From: Leptospiraceae bacterium | GTDB lineage: Bacteria; Spirochaetota; Leptospiria; Leptospirales; Leptonemataceae | NCBI GenBank assembly: GCA_040217195.1 | Contig: JAVJNR010000010.1 | Coordinates: forward strand, 17,964-81,963 | Length of the DNA stretch: 64,000 nucleotides | Direction of reading: 5' to 3' | Program-made: the position numbers and the translations under genes | Shown here: piece by piece, positions 62,354 to 64,000 of the stretch | Numbering within the stretch: position 1 is the stretch's first letter | How the letters are laid out: every line of letters begins with the position of its first letter | Notes under the pieces: generated by a model | Told to the model about the DNA's origin: nothing | Seen by the model: the letters and a program-made list of their open reading frames with translations, nothing else | Databases searched by the model: none

Positions 62354-64000
62354 ATGTTTGATAAAATACTAAAGTACTCCGTTTACAACCCCGGCGCTGC
62401 CTTCGGGCTGGCCCTATTGCTCATTGGTGGCGCATTCTACTCTTATCAGGTTATTCCAATCGATGCCGTGCCTGATATCACCAATGTACAGGTGCAGGTG
62501 ATGACTCGGGCCGAAAGCCTCGACGGGGAAACCATTGAAGCGAATATTACGTATCCAATTGAAAGTGCTATGGGCGCTGTTCCCAATGTACAGGAGATCC
62601 GTTCGGTTACCCGCTTCGGGCTCTCTGTAGTCACGGTGATCTTCGAAGAAGGCACGGACATCTATCTGGCAAGACAACTTGTGGGCGAGCAGCTGGCCAC
62701 CCTGGATCTACAGGATGCACAGCCCCGCCTCGGGCCCATCGCTACCGGCCTGGGGGAAATCTATCATTACTCCATCGAAGTAAAGGAGCCCGCCACCGAT
62801 CCGAAGAAGAGGCTGGAACAATTAATGCGACTGAGGACCATCCAGGAATGGGAGGTTAAACGCAGATTGCTTGCGGTTCAGGGCGTGGCCGAGGTAAATA
62901 CAATCGGAGGGTATGAAGAGATATACTTTGTACAACCGGATCCCGTGAAAATGTCTCGATACGGGATTCAGTTCGATGATCTGAAGCTTGCTCTACAGCG
63001 TAGCAATCGCATCGCCGGAGGTGGATACATCCAGCAAACGGCGAATCAGCTCATTCTTCAGGGAGACGGACTCATCCGCAATCCAGAAGAAATCGAGTCC
63101 TTGCCGTTGAAGCAACTTCCGGATCTGACAACACTTCGCGTGGGTGACGTGGCCTCGGTGGGCAAAGATAAGGAAATCCGCACCGGAGCTGCAGTGGTCA
63201 ACGGACAAGAGAGGGTGCTGGGGACGGTATTTATGCTTCTGGGAGAAAACAGCCGCACTGTCTCTTCCCGGGTAGACGAACGAGTCAACGAAATTCGTAA
63301 GACCCTTCCAGAGGACGTGGAGATCAAAACACTCTACAACCGATCCTATCTTGTGGATGGCACCATTGAGACGGTGCAGGAGAACCTGGTCTTCGGCGCG
63401 CTGCTGGTGGTGGTGGTTCTGCTACTTCTTACCGGGAATTTTCGGGCTGCGATCATCGCTTCGGCCGTAATACCGCTGTCTATGGCGGCTACATTGATTT
63501 CTATGTATGTCACCGGCGTTTCAGCGAATCTCATGAGCCTGGGGGCCCTGGACTTCGGTATTATAATCGACGGCGCAGTTATCGTAATCGATCAATGCGT
63601 GCACAGTGTGCAATCACGTGCCTCCACCGAAGGCAGGACTCTAAGTCGATCCGAAATCAAATCTGCCGTTGCAGAGGCTTCTATCCAGATTCGCCGGGCT
63701 GCCGGATTCGGTCAGATTATAATCCTGGTTGTTTTTCTGCCTATTTTTGCGCTTACTGGTATTGAAGGTAAAATGTTTCGCCCGATGGCCGCCGCGTTTT
63801 GCTTTGCTCTATTTGCAGCGTTCATTCTTGCTTTTACCGTGGTCCCTGCACTGGCCGGTACTTTTTTGCGCGGGCATGCGCCCAGGGAAGGTATGTCCCT
63901 TTTTGGTTTTCTGGACCGGGGATACAGTTACCTGCTTTCGCGGGCTCTACAAAAAAGAACCCTGATCGTGGGGCTTTCCCTTTTGCTGCTCGTTTTAGGC
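62354..64000 (+). CDS. czcA: CzcA/CusA heavy-metal RND efflux pump (partial, runs off right edge)
   Basis: Own translation: MFDKILKYSV...IPIDAVPDITNVQVQV...RSVTRFGLSVVTVIF...GPIATGLGEIY...ANLMSLGALDFGIIIDG...EGKMFRPMA. Confidence 0.92.
   Translation, partial: MFDKILKYSVYNPGAAFGLALLLIGGAFYSYQVIPIDAVPDITNVQVQVMTRAESLDGETIEANITYPIESAMGAVPNVQEIRSVTRFGLSVVTVIFEEGTDIYLARQLVGEQLATLDLQDAQPRLGPIATGLGEIYHYSIEVKEPATDPKKRLEQLMRLRTIQEWEVKRRLLAVQGVAEVNTIGGYEEIYFVQPDPVKMSRYGIQFDDLKLALQRSNRIAGGGYIQQTANQLILQGDGLIRNPEEIESLPLKQLPDLTTLRVGDVASVGKDKEIRTGAAVVNGQERVLGTVFMLLGENSRTVSSRVDERVNEIRKTLPEDVEIKTLYNRSYLVDGTIETVQENLVFGALLVVVVLLLLTGNFRAAIIASAVIPLSMAATLISMYVTGVSANLMSLGALDFGIIIDGAVIVIDQCVHSVQSRASTEGRTLSRSEIKSAVAEASIQIRRAAGFGQIIILVVFLPIFALTGIEGKMFRPMAAAFCFALFAAFILAFTVVPALAGTFLRGHAPREGMSLFGFLDRGYSYLLSRALQKRTLIVGLSLLLLVLG

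Noticed and set aside
1..64000. CRISPR array, tRNA/rRNA, IS transposase, integrase, terminase
   Set aside because: None recognised by eye; tRNAscan, CRISPR finders and HMM searches were not run

Overview
Positions 1 to about 58,900 are most of a temperate contractile-tailed (myovirus) phage genome that probably persists as a phage-plasmid. It has parA/parB, an HTH Rep with iteron-like repeats and a dif-like site, and no integrase is seen in the window. A spirochaete-type lipobox and the ParA/ParB/Rep layout suggest an LE1-like phage of a Leptospiraceae host; this is inference. Left to right: (1) a leftward early operon (ParB-like, C5 and Dam-type methyltransferases, MmcB-like nuclease, HTH initiator, exonuclease + RecT-like annealase, antirepressor, Cro-like); (2) a cI/cro switch with three operators; (3) accessory morons (XRE-IrrE pair, membrane protein); (4) a scrambled, bidirectional structural region (baseplate, protease, scaffold, capsid, sheath, tube, inverted tape measure, fibres, inverted portal); (5) lysis genes; (6) a DUF3800 gene; (7) the par/rep module; (8) a ZIP + Czc/Cus-type metal-efflux cluster running off the right end. 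Notable signals read from the sequence: three putative capsid-packaged effector polyproteins (ParB-MTase-SNF2, Zeta kinase, acidic/KOW) sharing a 24-aa motif and K-[S/A/G] sites; a perfect sigma70 promoter driving a ~45-nt loop-E hairpin RNA convergent on the DUF3800 gene; about 15 copies of a CCGA-N15-(TA)NNNT promoter placed for leaderless late transcripts; a -1 slippery site fusing a tail protein to a Cys-rich domain; a C5 MTase with its second subunit in an overlapping frame; and an A9 run at the tail chaperone junction. All family assignments are motif recognition by eye; no database searches were run.
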